A stretch of DNA of 61,985 nucleotides, taken from Acidimicrobiia bacterium (lineage in GTDB: Bacteria; Actinomycetota; Acidimicrobiia; IMCC26256; PALSA-555). Positions 27,909 through 37,773 of the stretch are shown here, in pieces. Each line of letters begins with the position of its first letter. Position 1 is the stretch's first letter. The notes beneath the pieces were generated by a model. That model was not told the origin of the DNA. It saw only the letters and a list, made by a program, of their open reading frames with translations, and did no database searches. Position numbers and translations under genes: made by a program. The DNA lies in assembly GCA_038321755.1 (NCBI GenBank), contig JBBQFJ010000002.1, positions 1-61,985 on the forward strand. The letters run 5' to 3'.

Positions 27909-27951
27909 GCAAGGGAATCCGTTGTCGCTGAGCCGAAGGAGCACGGAATCC
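27909..27951 (+). promoter_or_regulatory. bipartite motif GCAAGGGAATCCGT-N19-CACGGAATCC (copy 2)
   Basis: Same 14-mer, spacing and 10-mer as 11487-11529. Here the halves extend into a 14/15-bp inverted repeat, CGCAAGGGAATCCGT / ACGGAATCCCTTGCG. Confidence 0.6.
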
Positions 27952-28011
27952 CTTGCGGAGCGCCCTACCGCCGTGCCTAGGCTGCGGCGTCCGGGGAAGG
28001 GAACAACGCTC

Positions 28012-29214
28012 GTGGCCGACGACATGACCCAGCGCAGCGCCGCAGGCCAGTCGGGCGCGGACGGTGCTGCTGCGGATGTCGTCATCGGGATCGACAGGGT
28101 CACGAAGCGGTTCGGCGACTTCACCGCGGTGCGCGAGGCCGACTTCGGGATCCGGCGGGGCGAGTTCTTCTCCATGCTCGGGCCATCGGGCTGTGGCAAG
28201 ACCACGACGCTCCGCATGATCGCCGGGTTCGAACAGCCGAGTGCCGGCCGCATCACGTTGGAGGGCAAGGACGTCTCGCGCGTGCCTCCCTACAAGCGGA
28301 ACGTCAACACCGTCTTCCAGCACTACGCGCTCTTCCCGCACATGACAGTGTTCGACAACGTGTCGTTCGGGCCGCGCAGCAAGCGCGTGTCGAAGGGCGA
28401 GACGAAGAAGCGCGCGCGCGAGCTGCTAGAGGTAGTGCGCCTCGGGGACTTCGCCGACCGCAAGCCCGGGCAGCTCTCCGGAGGTCAGCAGCAGCGCGTC
28501 GCGCTGGCACGCGCACTGGTCAACTATCCGAGCGCGCTCCTGCTCGACGAACCGCTCGGGGCGCTCGACCTCAAGCTCCGACAAGCCATGCAACACGAGC
28601 TCAAACGCATCCAGCGCGCGGTCGGGATCACGTTCGTGTACGTGACCCACGACCAGGAAGAAGCGCTCACGATGTCGGACCGCATCGCGGTGATGAGTGA
28701 AGGCATCGTCGAGCAGATCGGCACGCCGGAGGAGATCTACAGCTCGCCATCGTCCGTGTTCGTCGCCGGCTTCATCGGGGTCGCGAACCTCCTGCCGGCG
28801 AGGGTCGACCGCATCGCCGGCGAGAACGCGGAAGTCACGCTGACCGGCAGCAGCCACGCCGTGGTGCCCATCAGCGCGGCGGTGCCCGAGGTGGGTGCGA
28901 CGGCGACTGTCATGGTCCGTCCCGAGCGGATCCACGTGCAGATGGCCGAGCCGACTGGTGACGCGCCGCGCGTCCGGACGACGGTGGCCGATCTCACCTT
29001 TCAGGGGCCGCTCGTCCGGGCGCAGCTCGCGTGCGCCGACGGGACCCTCGTGGTCGCGCACGTCGGCCCCGACGACGACCTGCCGATGCTTCGCCCCAAC
29101 GACGTCGTGTGGCTCACCTGGGAGGCGGACGCAGCCCGTCTCCTCCCGGGGCTCGACGCGACCCATGGGCGCAGGTCCGAGCTCCAAGAGCTCGAGAGGG
29201 CACCGGCGGGGTGA
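28012..29214 (+). CDS. potA: spermidine/putrescine ABC transporter ATP-binding protein
   Basis: [24 protein letters not shown] and a PotA-type C-terminal domain. GTG 28012 follows a GGGGAAGGGAA purine tract. ATG 28024 is an alternative start. Confidence 0.9.
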   Translation: MADDMTQRSAAGQSGADGAAADVVIGIDRVTKRFGDFTAVREADFGIRRGEFFSMLGPSGCGKTTTLRMIAGFEQPSAGRITLEGKDVSRVPPYKRNVNTVFQHYALFPHMTVFDNVSFGPRSKRVSKGETKKRARELLEVVRLGDFADRKPGQLSGGQQQRVALARALVNYPSALLLDEPLGALDLKLRQAMQHELKRIQRAVGITFVYVTHDQEEALTMSDRIAVMSEGIVEQIGTPEEIYSSPSSVFVAGFIGVANLLPARVDRIAGENAEVTLTGSSHAVVPISAAVPEVGATATVMVRPERIHVQMAEPTGDAPRVRTTVADLTFQGPLVRAQLACADGTLVVAHVGPDDDLPMLRPNDVVWLTWEADAARLLPGLDATHGRRSELQELERAPAG

Positions 29215-29287
29215 GGACCGAACGCAGCACGAGCACGCAAGGGCTGGGAGCAAGTTCACCGGGCGGCCGAACCAAGAGGAGCATGAG

Positions 29288-30445
29288 ATGAGCACTCGCA
29301 AGCGTACGGGGACTGCGAAGGGGATCACTCGACGGGAGTTCATCGGCCGTGGTGGCGCGACCGTCGGTGGCCTCGCGCTCGGAGCGACGCTGCTCGGGAG
29401 CGGCGCGAACGCGTTCGCGTCGCGCCTCGGTGACGCGAGCCCCGGCGGTCAGCTGTCGGTGCTGAACTGGCCGCTCTACGTCGACAAGAAGTCGCTGAAG
29501 GTCTTCGGGAACCAGACCGGGACCGACCTGAAGTACTCGGAGAGCCTCAACGACAACAATGAGTTCTTCGCCAAGTACCAGCGACAGTTCAGCCAGGGTC
29601 AGTACCCGGGCTTCGACATCGCGGTCCCGACGAGCTGGATGGCCAAGCGCCTCATCGAGCTCGGGTACGTGCAGAAGCTCCCACTCACCGACATCCCGAA
29701 CGCGAGCAACCTCTCGGCCGGGTTCCAGAATCCGCCGTGGGACCCGACGGGTGAGTACACGCTCCCGTGGCAGACCGGCATGACCGGCCTCGCCTACAAC
29801 ATCAAGGTCACGGGTCGCGAGCTGACCAGCATCGCGGACCTCTACGACCCGAAGTTCAAGAACAAGGTCGGGATGCTCACCGAGATGCGCGACACGGTCG
29901 GCCTCGCCTGTCTCGGTGAGGGCATCGACCCGGCGACCATCACCTACAAGCAGGCCGAGCCCGCGATGAAGCGGCTCCAGAAGGCCGCGGACAGCGGGCA
30001 GATCCGTCGCTTCACCGGGAACGACTACCAGGACGACCTCGTCGCCGGGAACTTCGCGGTGTGCATCGGCTGGTCCGGGGACGTCGCGCAGCTGACGCTC
30101 GACAACAAGGATCTGCGGTTCGTGATCCCGAGCGAAGGCGGCCTGCGCTTTGCGGACACGATGACGTGGATCAAGACGGCGAAGCGGGAAGCGCAAGTCG
30201 CCGCGTGGATGAACTATTTCTACGACGTCGACAACGCGGCCCGCGTCGCTGCCTTCGTCCAGTACATCTCGCCCGTCGACGGGATCCAGAGCGCGCTCAC
30301 CACGATCGATCCGAAGTTGGGGGAGAGCCCCCTCATCTTCCCGCCCGAGGACGTGCAGGCGCGGTTGAAGACTTTCAACCAGGACCTGAGCTCCAAGGAC
30401 GAGGCGAAGTTCGACGCCCGCTTCGCCGAGATCACCGGGTCCTAG
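29288..30445 (+). CDS. potD: polyamine ABC transporter substrate-binding protein with Tat signal
   Basis: TRREFIGRGGATVGGLALGA twin-arginine signal. PotD/PotF-like body. Confidence 0.8.
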   Translation: MSTRKRTGTAKGITRREFIGRGGATVGGLALGATLLGSGANAFASRLGDASPGGQLSVLNWPLYVDKKSLKVFGNQTGTDLKYSESLNDNNEFFAKYQRQFSQGQYPGFDIAVPTSWMAKRLIELGYVQKLPLTDIPNASNLSAGFQNPPWDPTGEYTLPWQTGMTGLAYNIKVTGRELTSIADLYDPKFKNKVGMLTEMRDTVGLACLGEGIDPATITYKQAEPAMKRLQKAADSGQIRRFTGNDYQDDLVAGNFAVCIGWSGDVAQLTLDNKDLRFVIPSEGGLRFADTMTWIKTAKREAQVAAWMNYFYDVDNAARVAAFVQYISPVDGIQSALTTIDPKLGESPLIFPPEDVQARLKTFNQDLSSKDEAKFDARFAEITGS

Positions 30446-30450
30446 CGCGA

Positions 30451-31332
30451 GTGGCCAAGGGGGCCGTGCTCACCGGGGAGAAGAAGGCGCGCTTCGCGCC
30501 ATACGGGCTCCTCAGTCCGGGGATCATCTGGCTGATCCTCTTCTTCCTCGTGCCGGTGTTCACGCTGGTGCGGATGTCGCTCTCGGAGCGACCGAACCGC
30601 TTCCTGCCGTCGGAGCTGACGTTCGCGTGGGACTGGTCGAACTACACGGACTCCCTGTCGAAGTTCTCGGAGCAGTTCGCCCGCTCGTTCGTGTACGCCG
30701 GCATCGCGACCGCGCTCTGCATCGCCATCGGGTACCCGCTCGCGTACGTCATCGCGTTCCGGGGTGGGCGCTACAAGAACCTGTTGCTCGGGCTCGTCGT
30801 GATCCCGTTCTTCACGACCTTCCTGATCCGCACGATCGCGTGGAAGACGATCCTGGGTGACGAAGGTGTGGTCGTGTCCGTCCTGCGCAGCCTGGGGGTG
30901 CTCGGCCCCGCCCAGGGACTCCTGGCGACCCCCGGCGCGGTCATCGGCGGGCTGACGTACAACTTCTTGCCCTTCATGATCCTCCCGATCTACGTCAGCC
31001 TCGAGAAGATCGACCGCGAGCTCGTCGCGGCGGCGAGCGACCTCTACTCGACGCCGGCACGCGCGTTCCGGAAGGTCGTGCTCCCGCTCTCGCTGCCAGG
31101 GGTGTTCGCGGGAAGCCTCCTCACGTTCATCCCCGCGTCCGGCGACTTCATCAACGCGACGTTCCTCGGGAGCCCGAAGACCTCGATGATCGGCAACGTC
31201 GTCCAGAACCAGTTCCTGGTGCAGCTCGACTATCCGACCGCGGCCGCGCTGTCGATGACCTTGATGGTCATCATCACGGTCTTCGTCCTGCTCTACGCGC
31301 GGTTCCTCGGGACCGAGGACCTGACCGGATGA
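30451..31332 (+). CDS. potB: polyamine ABC transporter permease
   Basis: BPD_transp_1-type permease with multiple TM segments, in operon order. Confidence 0.8.
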   Translation: MAKGAVLTGEKKARFAPYGLLSPGIIWLILFFLVPVFTLVRMSLSERPNRFLPSELTFAWDWSNYTDSLSKFSEQFARSFVYAGIATALCIAIGYPLAYVIAFRGGRYKNLLLGLVVIPFFTTFLIRTIAWKTILGDEGVVVSVLRSLGVLGPAQGLLATPGAVIGGLTYNFLPFMILPIYVSLEKIDRELVAAASDLYSTPARAFRKVVLPLSLPGVFAGSLLTFIPASGDFINATFLGSPKTSMIGNVVQNQFLVQLDYPTAAALSMTLMVIITVFVLLYARFLGTEDLTG

Positions 31333-32267
31333 CCGCCACCGCCGTGCGGCCCCCCGACGCTCCGGAACCGGCGATCGAGCCGGAGATGGAGAACGTCTTC
31401 CCGCCGCCGTGGCTGCGCAGGCTCGGTTCGCGCTTCCTGAACTTCTACGCGGGTCTCGGGCTCTTCTATCTGTTCCTCCCGATCTTCGTGATCGTCGCCT
31501 TCAGCTTCAACGCGCCGAAGGGTCGGTTCAACCTCGTGTGGCAGCACTTCACCCTCGACAACTGGAAGCACCCGTTCGCGGTGCCCGAGCTCATCGACGC
31601 GTTCGTGCTCAGCCTCAAGATCGCCGCGATCGCCACGGTGGTCGCCGTCATCTTCGGAGCGCTCGTGTCGCTCTCGCTGTGCCGCTACAAGTTTCGCGGC
31701 AGTGGCGCCGTGAACATGCTGCTCGTGCTCCCCCTCACGACGCCCGAGATCGTGCTCGGCGCGTCGCTCGGCGGCATCTTCATCCTGCAGACCTACCCGG
31801 AGCCGGTGCCCCAGACGCTGGGTGAGGGCACGATCATCATCGCCCACATCATGTTCTGCGTGAGCTTCGTCGCGCTCACGGTCAAAGCACGCCTCCGTGG
31901 TTTCGACTGGACGCTCGAAGAGGCAGGTTCTGATCTGGGTGCCGGACCGATGCGCGTGTTCACGAAGGTGACGTTGCCGCTGATGCTCCCCGGGATCCTC
32001 GCCGCGGCGCTCCTGTCCGTCGCGCTGTCGCTCGACGACTTCATCATCACCCTGTTCAACGCGAGCCCCGACAACGTGACGTTCCCGCTCTACATCTATG
32101 GCGCGCGCCAGCGGGCGCTCCCGCCGCAGATCAACGTGCTCGCGACGATGATCCTCGTCGTGAGCGTCCTGCTGCTCGTCTCGGGAACGCTGTTCAGCAC
32201 ATTGCGCTCGCGGCGCGCTGGCGCGAACGCCGCGACACCGATGATGATCATGCCGCCCGAGGACTGA
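31329..32267 (+). CDS. potC: polyamine ABC transporter permease
   Basis: Second permease. ATGA overlap with potB. Confidence 0.8.
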   Translation: MTATAVRPPDAPEPAIEPEMENVFPPPWLRRLGSRFLNFYAGLGLFYLFLPIFVIVAFSFNAPKGRFNLVWQHFTLDNWKHPFAVPELIDAFVLSLKIAAIATVVAVIFGALVSLSLCRYKFRGSGAVNMLLVLPLTTPEIVLGASLGGIFILQTYPEPVPQTLGEGTIIIAHIMFCVSFVALTVKARLRGFDWTLEEAGSDLGAGPMRVFTKVTLPLMLPGILAAALLSVALSLDDFIITLFNASPDNVTFPLYIYGARQRALPPQINVLATMILVVSVLLLVSGTLFSTLRSRRAGANAATPMMIMPPED

Positions 32268-32292
32268 ACGCTCACTCGATGGAGGGGGTTGC

Positions 32293-33885
32293 GTGACAAC
32301 CACGGATGTCGGCAAGGGGGGCGATCGACTCGCGGTCGACAAGGGCCTGAAGGTCGGCGCGATCGGGCTGATGTCCGCCGTCGTCATCGGCGTCGCCTCG
32401 ACCGCACCGGGCTACAGCCTCGCGGCGGGGCTCGGGTTCGTCACCCAGGAAGCGGGGAACCAGGGTCCCGCGATCATGTGGGTCGCGTTCCTGCCGATGT
32501 TCTTCATCGCGGCCGCGTACTACTACATGAATCGCGCGGATCCCGACTGCGGTACGACCTTCACCTGGGCCACGCGGGCACTCGGGCCGCGCACGGGATG
32601 GATCGGCGGCTGGGGGATCATCGTCGCTGACCTCGTGATCATGCCCAGCCTCGCTGGCATCGCCGGGATCTACACCTTCCTCCTGTTCGACGCTGACGGG
32701 CTTGCGAACAACAAGTGGTGGGTGCTCCTCGCCGGGCTGATCTTCATCTTCCTCATGACGCTCATCTGCGTGATCGGTATCGAACTGAACGCACGCATGC
32801 AGTTCTTCCTGCTCGCCGCCGAGATCATCGTGTTGGTGATCTTCGCGGGAGTGGCGTTCTACAAGATCTTCTCGGGCGAGATCGCCGGGAGTGTCGATCC
32901 TCAGCTCGAATGGCTCAACCCGTTCGCGATCGATTCGTCCTCTGCCCTCGTGGGTGGGCTCGTGATCGCGATCTTCCTCTACTGGGGTTGGGATACGGCG
33001 GTGACGATCAATGAGGAGACAGACGACCCGGCGAAGACGCCGGGTCGAGCCGCCGTCATCTCGACGCTCGTCTTGATCGGCATCTACCTGGTCGTGTCGA
33101 TCGCCGCGCAGGGGGTGCAGGGCGCCGACTTCCTCAGTGCGAACGCGGACGACGTGCTGAGCGCGACGGGCAACCTGGTACTCGGCTCGCCGTTCGACAA
33201 GTTGCTGATCATCGCGGTGCTGACGTCGGCCGCAGCCTCGACTCAGACGACGATCCTTCCCGCGGCGCGCAGCGAGCTCTCCATGGCCGCTCACAAGGCT
33301 GCGCCGGCATGGTTCGGGAAGGTGAGTCCGAAGTACCTGACCCCCACGAACGCGACGTGGTTCTTCGGGTTCTTCTCGATGGCGTGGTACGCGATCTTGA
33401 CCATCGTGAGCGAGGACGTGCTCGGCGCGTCGATCGCGGCGGTCGGGCTGATGATCGCGTTCTATTACGGGATGACCGGCTACGCCTGCGTCATCTACTA
33501 CCGCAAGTTCATCTTCAAGAGCGTGAAGAACTTCTTCTTCGTCGGGGTGGCCCCGCTCCTCGGTGCGACCAGTCTGACGTACATCTTCGTCAAGGCATCG
33601 AGCGACCTCGCCAAGGACACCGATTCGTACGGGTCGGTCGGTGGACTCGGGCTCGCGTTCGTCGTCGGCATCGGACTCCTGCTCGTCGGGTTTCCATTGA
33701 TGCTGGCGTGGTGGGGAGTTGCCCCCGCGTTCTTCCGGCGGGGACGCGATCCGCATCCGCACCCGGCGCCCGACGGGACCGGCGCTGCAGTCCCGCGCAT
33801 CCTCGATGCGGGTCCGATCCTCGATCGGGATCTCGACGACGGCAAGGCGCCGACCGCAGGCAACGAGCACCCTGGAGGCGAGTGA
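32293..33885 (+). CDS. APC-family amino acid/polyamine permease
   Basis: About 12 TM segments and an APC-like N-terminus (GAIGLMSAVVIGVASTAPGYS). GTG start after GGAGGGGG. Confidence 0.85.
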   Translation: MTTTDVGKGGDRLAVDKGLKVGAIGLMSAVVIGVASTAPGYSLAAGLGFVTQEAGNQGPAIMWVAFLPMFFIAAAYYYMNRADPDCGTTFTWATRALGPRTGWIGGWGIIVADLVIMPSLAGIAGIYTFLLFDADGLANNKWWVLLAGLIFIFLMTLICVIGIELNARMQFFLLAAEIIVLVIFAGVAFYKIFSGEIAGSVDPQLEWLNPFAIDSSSALVGGLVIAIFLYWGWDTAVTINEETDDPAKTPGRAAVISTLVLIGIYLVVSIAAQGVQGADFLSANADDVLSATGNLVLGSPFDKLLIIAVLTSAAASTQTTILPAARSELSMAAHKAAPAWFGKVSPKYLTPTNATWFFGFFSMAWYAILTIVSEDVLGASIAAVGLMIAFYYGMTGYACVIYYRKFIFKSVKNFFFVGVAPLLGATSLTYIFVKASSDLAKDTDSYGSVGGLGLAFVVGIGLLLVGFPLMLAWWGVAPAFFRRGRDPHPHPAPDGTGAAVPRILDAGPILDRDLDDGKAPTAGNEHPGGE

Positions 33886-34310
33886 TGGCTGGCGAGATCG
33901 TCCTCGGATACGACGGATCGGCGGGCGCAAAGGCGGCGCTGCCGCAGGCAGTGGACCTCGCCAAGGCGTTCGGGGTCCCGCTCGTGCTCGCGTTCGCGCA
34001 CGGTGCGAACCCCGTGGGGGGCGTCGGCGGCGACCTGTCGCGCAAGTCGGCGGAGGTCGGGCAGCGCTTCCTCGATGAGGGTGCGGCCCTCGTGCGCGCA
34101 GCAGACCCGAGCGTCGAGATCACGAGCGAGCTCGTGAACGCGATGCCGGTCGAAGCACTCGCCAGTCTGGCGGAGCAGTCGAGCGCCCGCATGCTCGTCG
34201 TGGGCGGCAACGGTCGCGGTCCGCTCATCGGGACCTTGCTCGGCTCGACCGGCTACAAGCTCCTCAACCAGACCCTCGTGCCCGTGCTGGTGGTGCAGCC
34301 GCCTGACTGA
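33885..34310 (+). CDS. universal stress protein
   Basis: IVLGYDGS...MLVVGGNGRGPLIGTLLGSTGYKLLNQTLVPVLVV. TGATG overlap with the permease stop. Confidence 0.8.
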   Translation: MAGEIVLGYDGSAGAKAALPQAVDLAKAFGVPLVLAFAHGANPVGGVGGDLSRKSAEVGQRFLDEGAALVRAADPSVEITSELVNAMPVEALASLAEQSSARMLVVGGNGRGPLIGTLLGSTGYKLLNQTLVPVLVVQPPD

Positions 34311-34340
34311 TGTGCCTGACTGATGTTGCCTGATCGATGG
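34301..34340. repeat. 13/14-bp tandem repeat x3 spanning the USP stop codon
   Basis: GCCTGACTGATGT / GCCTGACTGATGTT / GCCTGATCGATGG. The first unit contains the TGA at 34308-34310. Confidence 0.9.
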
Positions 34341-34356
34341 CGGCGAATGCTGTCGC

Positions 34357-34779
34357 TCAGTCGCTGACCCCAGTGGCACCCGCGTCCCGGAGCGACGCGC
34401 GCAGCTTCGCCGCCTCGACCTCGAGCTGCTCCGGGGTCGCGGTCGTGGCGCGGTCGAGGTGGAGATCGGCCTCGCCGACCATGATCGGGATCACGTGCAG
34501 GTGCACGTGGGGCACCTCGAGCCCCGCGATCAGCAAGCCGACCTTCGCCGGGTCGTAGACCTGCTGCTCGGCCCGCGCGATCGTCTGCGCCACGGTCGTG
34601 AGATGGCACACGAGATCGGCATCCAGATCGATCCAGTGACCCACCTCGCGGATGGGCACCACGAGCGTGTGTCCCGGCTGCACCGGGTTGATCGAGAGGA
34701 ACGCGACGCACTCGGCGTCGCGCCAGACGAACGTTCCGGGGAGCTCGCCCTCGATGATGCGGGTGAAGAGCGTCGCCAT
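34357..34779 (-). CDS. HIT-family (histidine triad) protein
   Basis: HVHLHVIP histidine triad. Confidence 0.9.
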   Translation of the reverse strand: MATLFTRIIEGELPGTFVWRDAECVAFLSINPVQPGHTLVVPIREVGHWIDLDADLVCHLTTVAQTIARAEQQVYDPAKVGLLIAGLEVPHVHLHVIPIMVGEADLHLDRATTATPEQLEVEAAKLRASLRDAGATGVSD

Positions 34780-34861
34780 GCACAGAGGTTAGGTGTCGAC
34801 GCGCTCAGGAATCGCCGGGCGACGATCAACTTTCGGCCCCCGCGATGCCGATACGAGTCTG

Positions 34862-36352
34862 ATGGCTGCCGTCGCCGACCCGACCACTCCTGCCGATCCG
34901 TCGAGTTCGGCGCCGGGCGCTCGCGAGGTGCGCTGCTCGGCCGCGTACCCCTTGCCGCAGCTCCACCCGGTTCCCGACTTCGTGGGGCTCCCGTCCGGGC
35001 GTCGTTACGTGACCGTGCAGTCGAAGTTCGTGATCGCCCAGGGCGTCGCGACCTTCTGGACGGCGATCGCCGTGGCGATCTCGCTGGCGGTCGCGCAAGG
35101 TCTCGCCGACCTCGTGTCCTGGCCGTACGCCGTGCTGCTCCTCGCCGCCGTGGTCTGGATCCCGGCGTACCTCGCCGCGTTCTCCGCGATCACCCTCGTC
35201 CTCGACGACCCACCCTCGCTGAAGGTCGTGCGCCCGGGCACCCCGGTCACCGTGCTGATCCCCGTGCTCGACGAGCGCACTGCACTCGTCGCCACCCTCG
35301 CGTACCTCGCGGCGCAGGACTACGACGGTCCGGTGCACGTCATCGTGGTCGATCGCGGCTCGACGGACGACACGGCGTCGGAGGCACGCCGCGCCGCGAT
35401 CCGCCTCGGGCTCGATGCCGAGGTGCTGGTGGAGCCGGGCGGCGACCGTGCGTCGGCGCGCAACGCGGGGTTGGCTCGCGTCTCGACGCCGTTGCTCGTG
35501 ACCGTCGATCCCGGCGCGTACCTGCACCCTTCCGCCGTGCGGCTGCTCGTCGCCCGCCTCTCGAGCTCGCCGACGGACACGGTTGCGGTGGCGGGCGACG
35601 CGGTCGTCCGGAACCAACGCGAGGGCGTGGGGGCCGAGCTCCTCGCCGAGGAGTACGCGCTCGGCGCGAACGCAGTGCAACGAGTGCACGCGCTCTTCCA
35701 GGGTGCGCTGGTCGCCGAGGGTGCCTGCAGCGTGTTCCGGACGGACGCGGTGCAGGCGGTGAACGGTTGGGCGACCGGTGCAGCCCAGGACGTGCAGCTC
35801 ACCTGGCGGTTGCTCGAGCGGGGCTGGCGCGTGTTCCACGAGCCGCTCGCGCTGGCGTTCACGACGGAACGGATCACGATTGCCAGCGCGGCCCGTCGGC
35901 GTGCTCGTCACGCCTGGGGCCTCCTGGCCGCGCTCCACGAGCCCGGGCGGCGGCCGTTGCGCTTCCCGTTCAGTCGCTTCCTCACCGCGGTCGGCGTCGC
36001 GACGCCCGTGCTCGACCTCGTGTTCACGATCGCGTGGGTGCAGGCGGTCGTGTTCCTCGCGTTCGGACAGCTCAGTCTGGTGGGCTTCTACGTCTTGTTC
36101 GTCCTCCCGTTGTCGCTGGCATCGCCGGCGCTCGTGCGGAGGTATCAGCGCGAGGTGCTCGACGAGGCCGACCTCGCGGTCAAGCAACGCCGGGGAGTGG
36201 CGCTCTTCGCGCCGCTGCTCTGGACGCAGGCGGTCCAGTCGCCGGTCGGGGTGTGGTCCGAGCTCATGGAGATCCACCGGCTCCGGGACGAGGGACCGCA
36301 GGACGTCACGCGTGTCCCGTTGCGCGTCCCGAAGGCACGCGCTCGCACCTAG
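34862..36352 (+). CDS. membrane-embedded family-2 glycosyltransferase (processive synthase-like)
   Basis: N- and C-terminal TM segments. VLIPVLDE, VVDRGSTDDT, VDPGAY, AQDVQLTWRLLERGWRV and RRRARHAWG (Q/RxxRW-like) motifs. Start is ATG 34862 or 34793. Confidence 0.8.
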   Translation: MAAVADPTTPADPSSSAPGAREVRCSAAYPLPQLHPVPDFVGLPSGRRYVTVQSKFVIAQGVATFWTAIAVAISLAVAQGLADLVSWPYAVLLLAAVVWIPAYLAAFSAITLVLDDPPSLKVVRPGTPVTVLIPVLDERTALVATLAYLAAQDYDGPVHVIVVDRGSTDDTASEARRAAIRLGLDAEVLVEPGGDRASARNAGLARVSTPLLVTVDPGAYLHPSAVRLLVARLSSSPTDTVAVAGDAVVRNQREGVGAELLAEEYALGANAVQRVHALFQGALVAEGACSVFRTDAVQAVNGWATGAAQDVQLTWRLLERGWRVFHEPLALAFTTERITIASAARRRARHAWGLLAALHEPGRRPLRFPFSRFLTAVGVATPVLDLVFTIAWVQAVVFLAFGQLSLVGFYVLFVLPLSLASPALVRRYQREVLDEADLAVKQRRGVALFAPLLWTQAVQSPVGVWSELMEIHRLRDEGPQDVTRVPLRVPKARART

Positions 36353-36375
36353 CGGCTGGGGCTAGCGTCGCCGCC

Positions 36376-37161
36376 ATGTTGCATCCGGAAGTCGACAACG
36401 CCGCGACGCGAGCCATGCACTCGGTCGAGGGTCGCACCATCATCGTCACCGGCTCCGGCCAGGGCGTCGGCCGCGGGATGGCCAACCACCTGGCCAAGGC
36501 CGGTGCCAACGTCGTCGTGGCGGAGTGGAACGCCGAGAAGATGCGCCGCACGGTCGAGGAGCTGACCGGCATCGGCGCGAAGGCCATCGGCGTCGAGGTC
36601 GACATCATGCAACGGGAGCAGATCGAGGCGATGGTCGCGCGCGCCGTCGAGGAGTTCGGCACCGTCGACGGCATCATCAACAACGCGCAGACGTTCCGCG
36701 CCAACGCGTCGGTCGCGACCGTCGAGGCCGACGACGTCGAGGTCTTCTACCGCTCCGGCGTGCTCGGCACGCTGTGGGCGATGCAGGCGGTGTACCCCCA
36801 CATGAAGGCTGCAGGTTGGGGTCGCATCGTGAACTTCGGCTCGTCGATGGGGCGGGTCGGAGGCGCTGGGTTCGGTGCGTACAACGCGTCGAAGGAGGCG
36901 ATTCGCGGGCTCTCGCGCACTGCGGCCCGCGAATGGGCGGCGGACGGCATCATCGTGAACATCATCGCTCCGGCGGCTGCGCCACCGCGAGCCGTCGGGA
37001 GCGAGCACTACGAAGAGTTCATGCGCACGTCCCCGATGGGTCGCAACGGCGATCCCGAGCTCGACGTCGGGTCGATCGCGCACTTCCTCTGCTCCGACGG
37101 TTGCCGCTTCGTGACCGGCCATACGTTCATGGTCGACGGTGGCAACTTCCTCTGGTCCTGA
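36376..37161 (+). CDS. SDR-family oxidoreductase
   Basis: VTGSGQGVGRG and YNASK motifs. Confidence 0.85.
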   Translation: MLHPEVDNAATRAMHSVEGRTIIVTGSGQGVGRGMANHLAKAGANVVVAEWNAEKMRRTVEELTGIGAKAIGVEVDIMQREQIEAMVARAVEEFGTVDGIINNAQTFRANASVATVEADDVEVFYRSGVLGTLWAMQAVYPHMKAAGWGRIVNFGSSMGRVGGAGFGAYNASKEAIRGLSRTAAREWAADGIIVNIIAPAAAPPRAVGSEHYEEFMRTSPMGRNGDPELDVGSIAHFLCSDGCRFVTGHTFMVDGGNFLWS

Positions 37162-37177
37162 GCTGGTCCTGAGCTGA
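37152..37177. repeat. 11-bp tandem repeat x2.4 spanning the SDR stop codon
   Basis: CTGGTCCTGAG CTGGTCCTGAG CTGA. The first unit contains the TGA at 37159-37161. Confidence 0.9.
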
Positions 37178-37193
37178 TTCGGAGCCGACCGCG

Positions 37194-37763
37194 ATGACCC
37201 ACCCCAAACCCGACTGGTCGAACGCGTGGCCGGTCGTGGGTGTGCGGCAGGGTGAGCCCGAACCGTCACCGGGTGTCGATGCCCTCCGCGGTGAAGGGTT
37301 TCGCGTCGTGCTCGACGTGGAGTCGATCCCGTCCGACGCGGATGCCTACCAGGACCATCTGAACAACCACGCAGCGGTCCGGATGTTCAACGAGCTGCGC
37401 ATCGCGTACGTTGCCGCAGAGCTCGCGCCCGACTGGCCGCGGTTCATCCGGCGGAACGGCTCCACCGTGGTCGTGCGCGAGCTGCACGTCGAGTACCAGA
37501 GCGAGGGGCGGATGCACGAGCGCTTCGTCGGCGCGACCCGCTGGGGTGGCCGTCGTGGGAAGTCGGGGCTGGTCGAGCAGCGCCTCGTGGAGGCGACGAC
37601 CGGTCGGCCACTCGCGCGTGCCTGGGTGGTGCAGCTGTACGTCGCCCCAGGTGGGGTCGAGGCGTTCCCCGACTGGCTCTGGGATCGGATCGGCGAGGTC
37701 GAGGGTGGACCGATCCCCGTCCTCGACGCTCCGACCCGACGGACGTGGGGACCTCCCGCTTAG
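37194..37763 (+). CDS. hotdog-fold thioesterase-like protein
   Basis: DADAYQDHLNNHAAVRMFNELR resembles the 4HBT/acyl-CoA thioesterase catalytic region. Assignment is tentative. Confidence 0.5.
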   Translation: MTHPKPDWSNAWPVVGVRQGEPEPSPGVDALRGEGFRVVLDVESIPSDADAYQDHLNNHAAVRMFNELRIAYVAAELAPDWPRFIRRNGSTVVVRELHVEYQSEGRMHERFVGATRWGGRRGKSGLVEQRLVEATTGRPLARAWVVQLYVAPGGVEAFPDWLWDRIGEVEGGPIPVLDAPTRRTWGPPA

Positions 37764-37773
37764 GAACGGCCTT

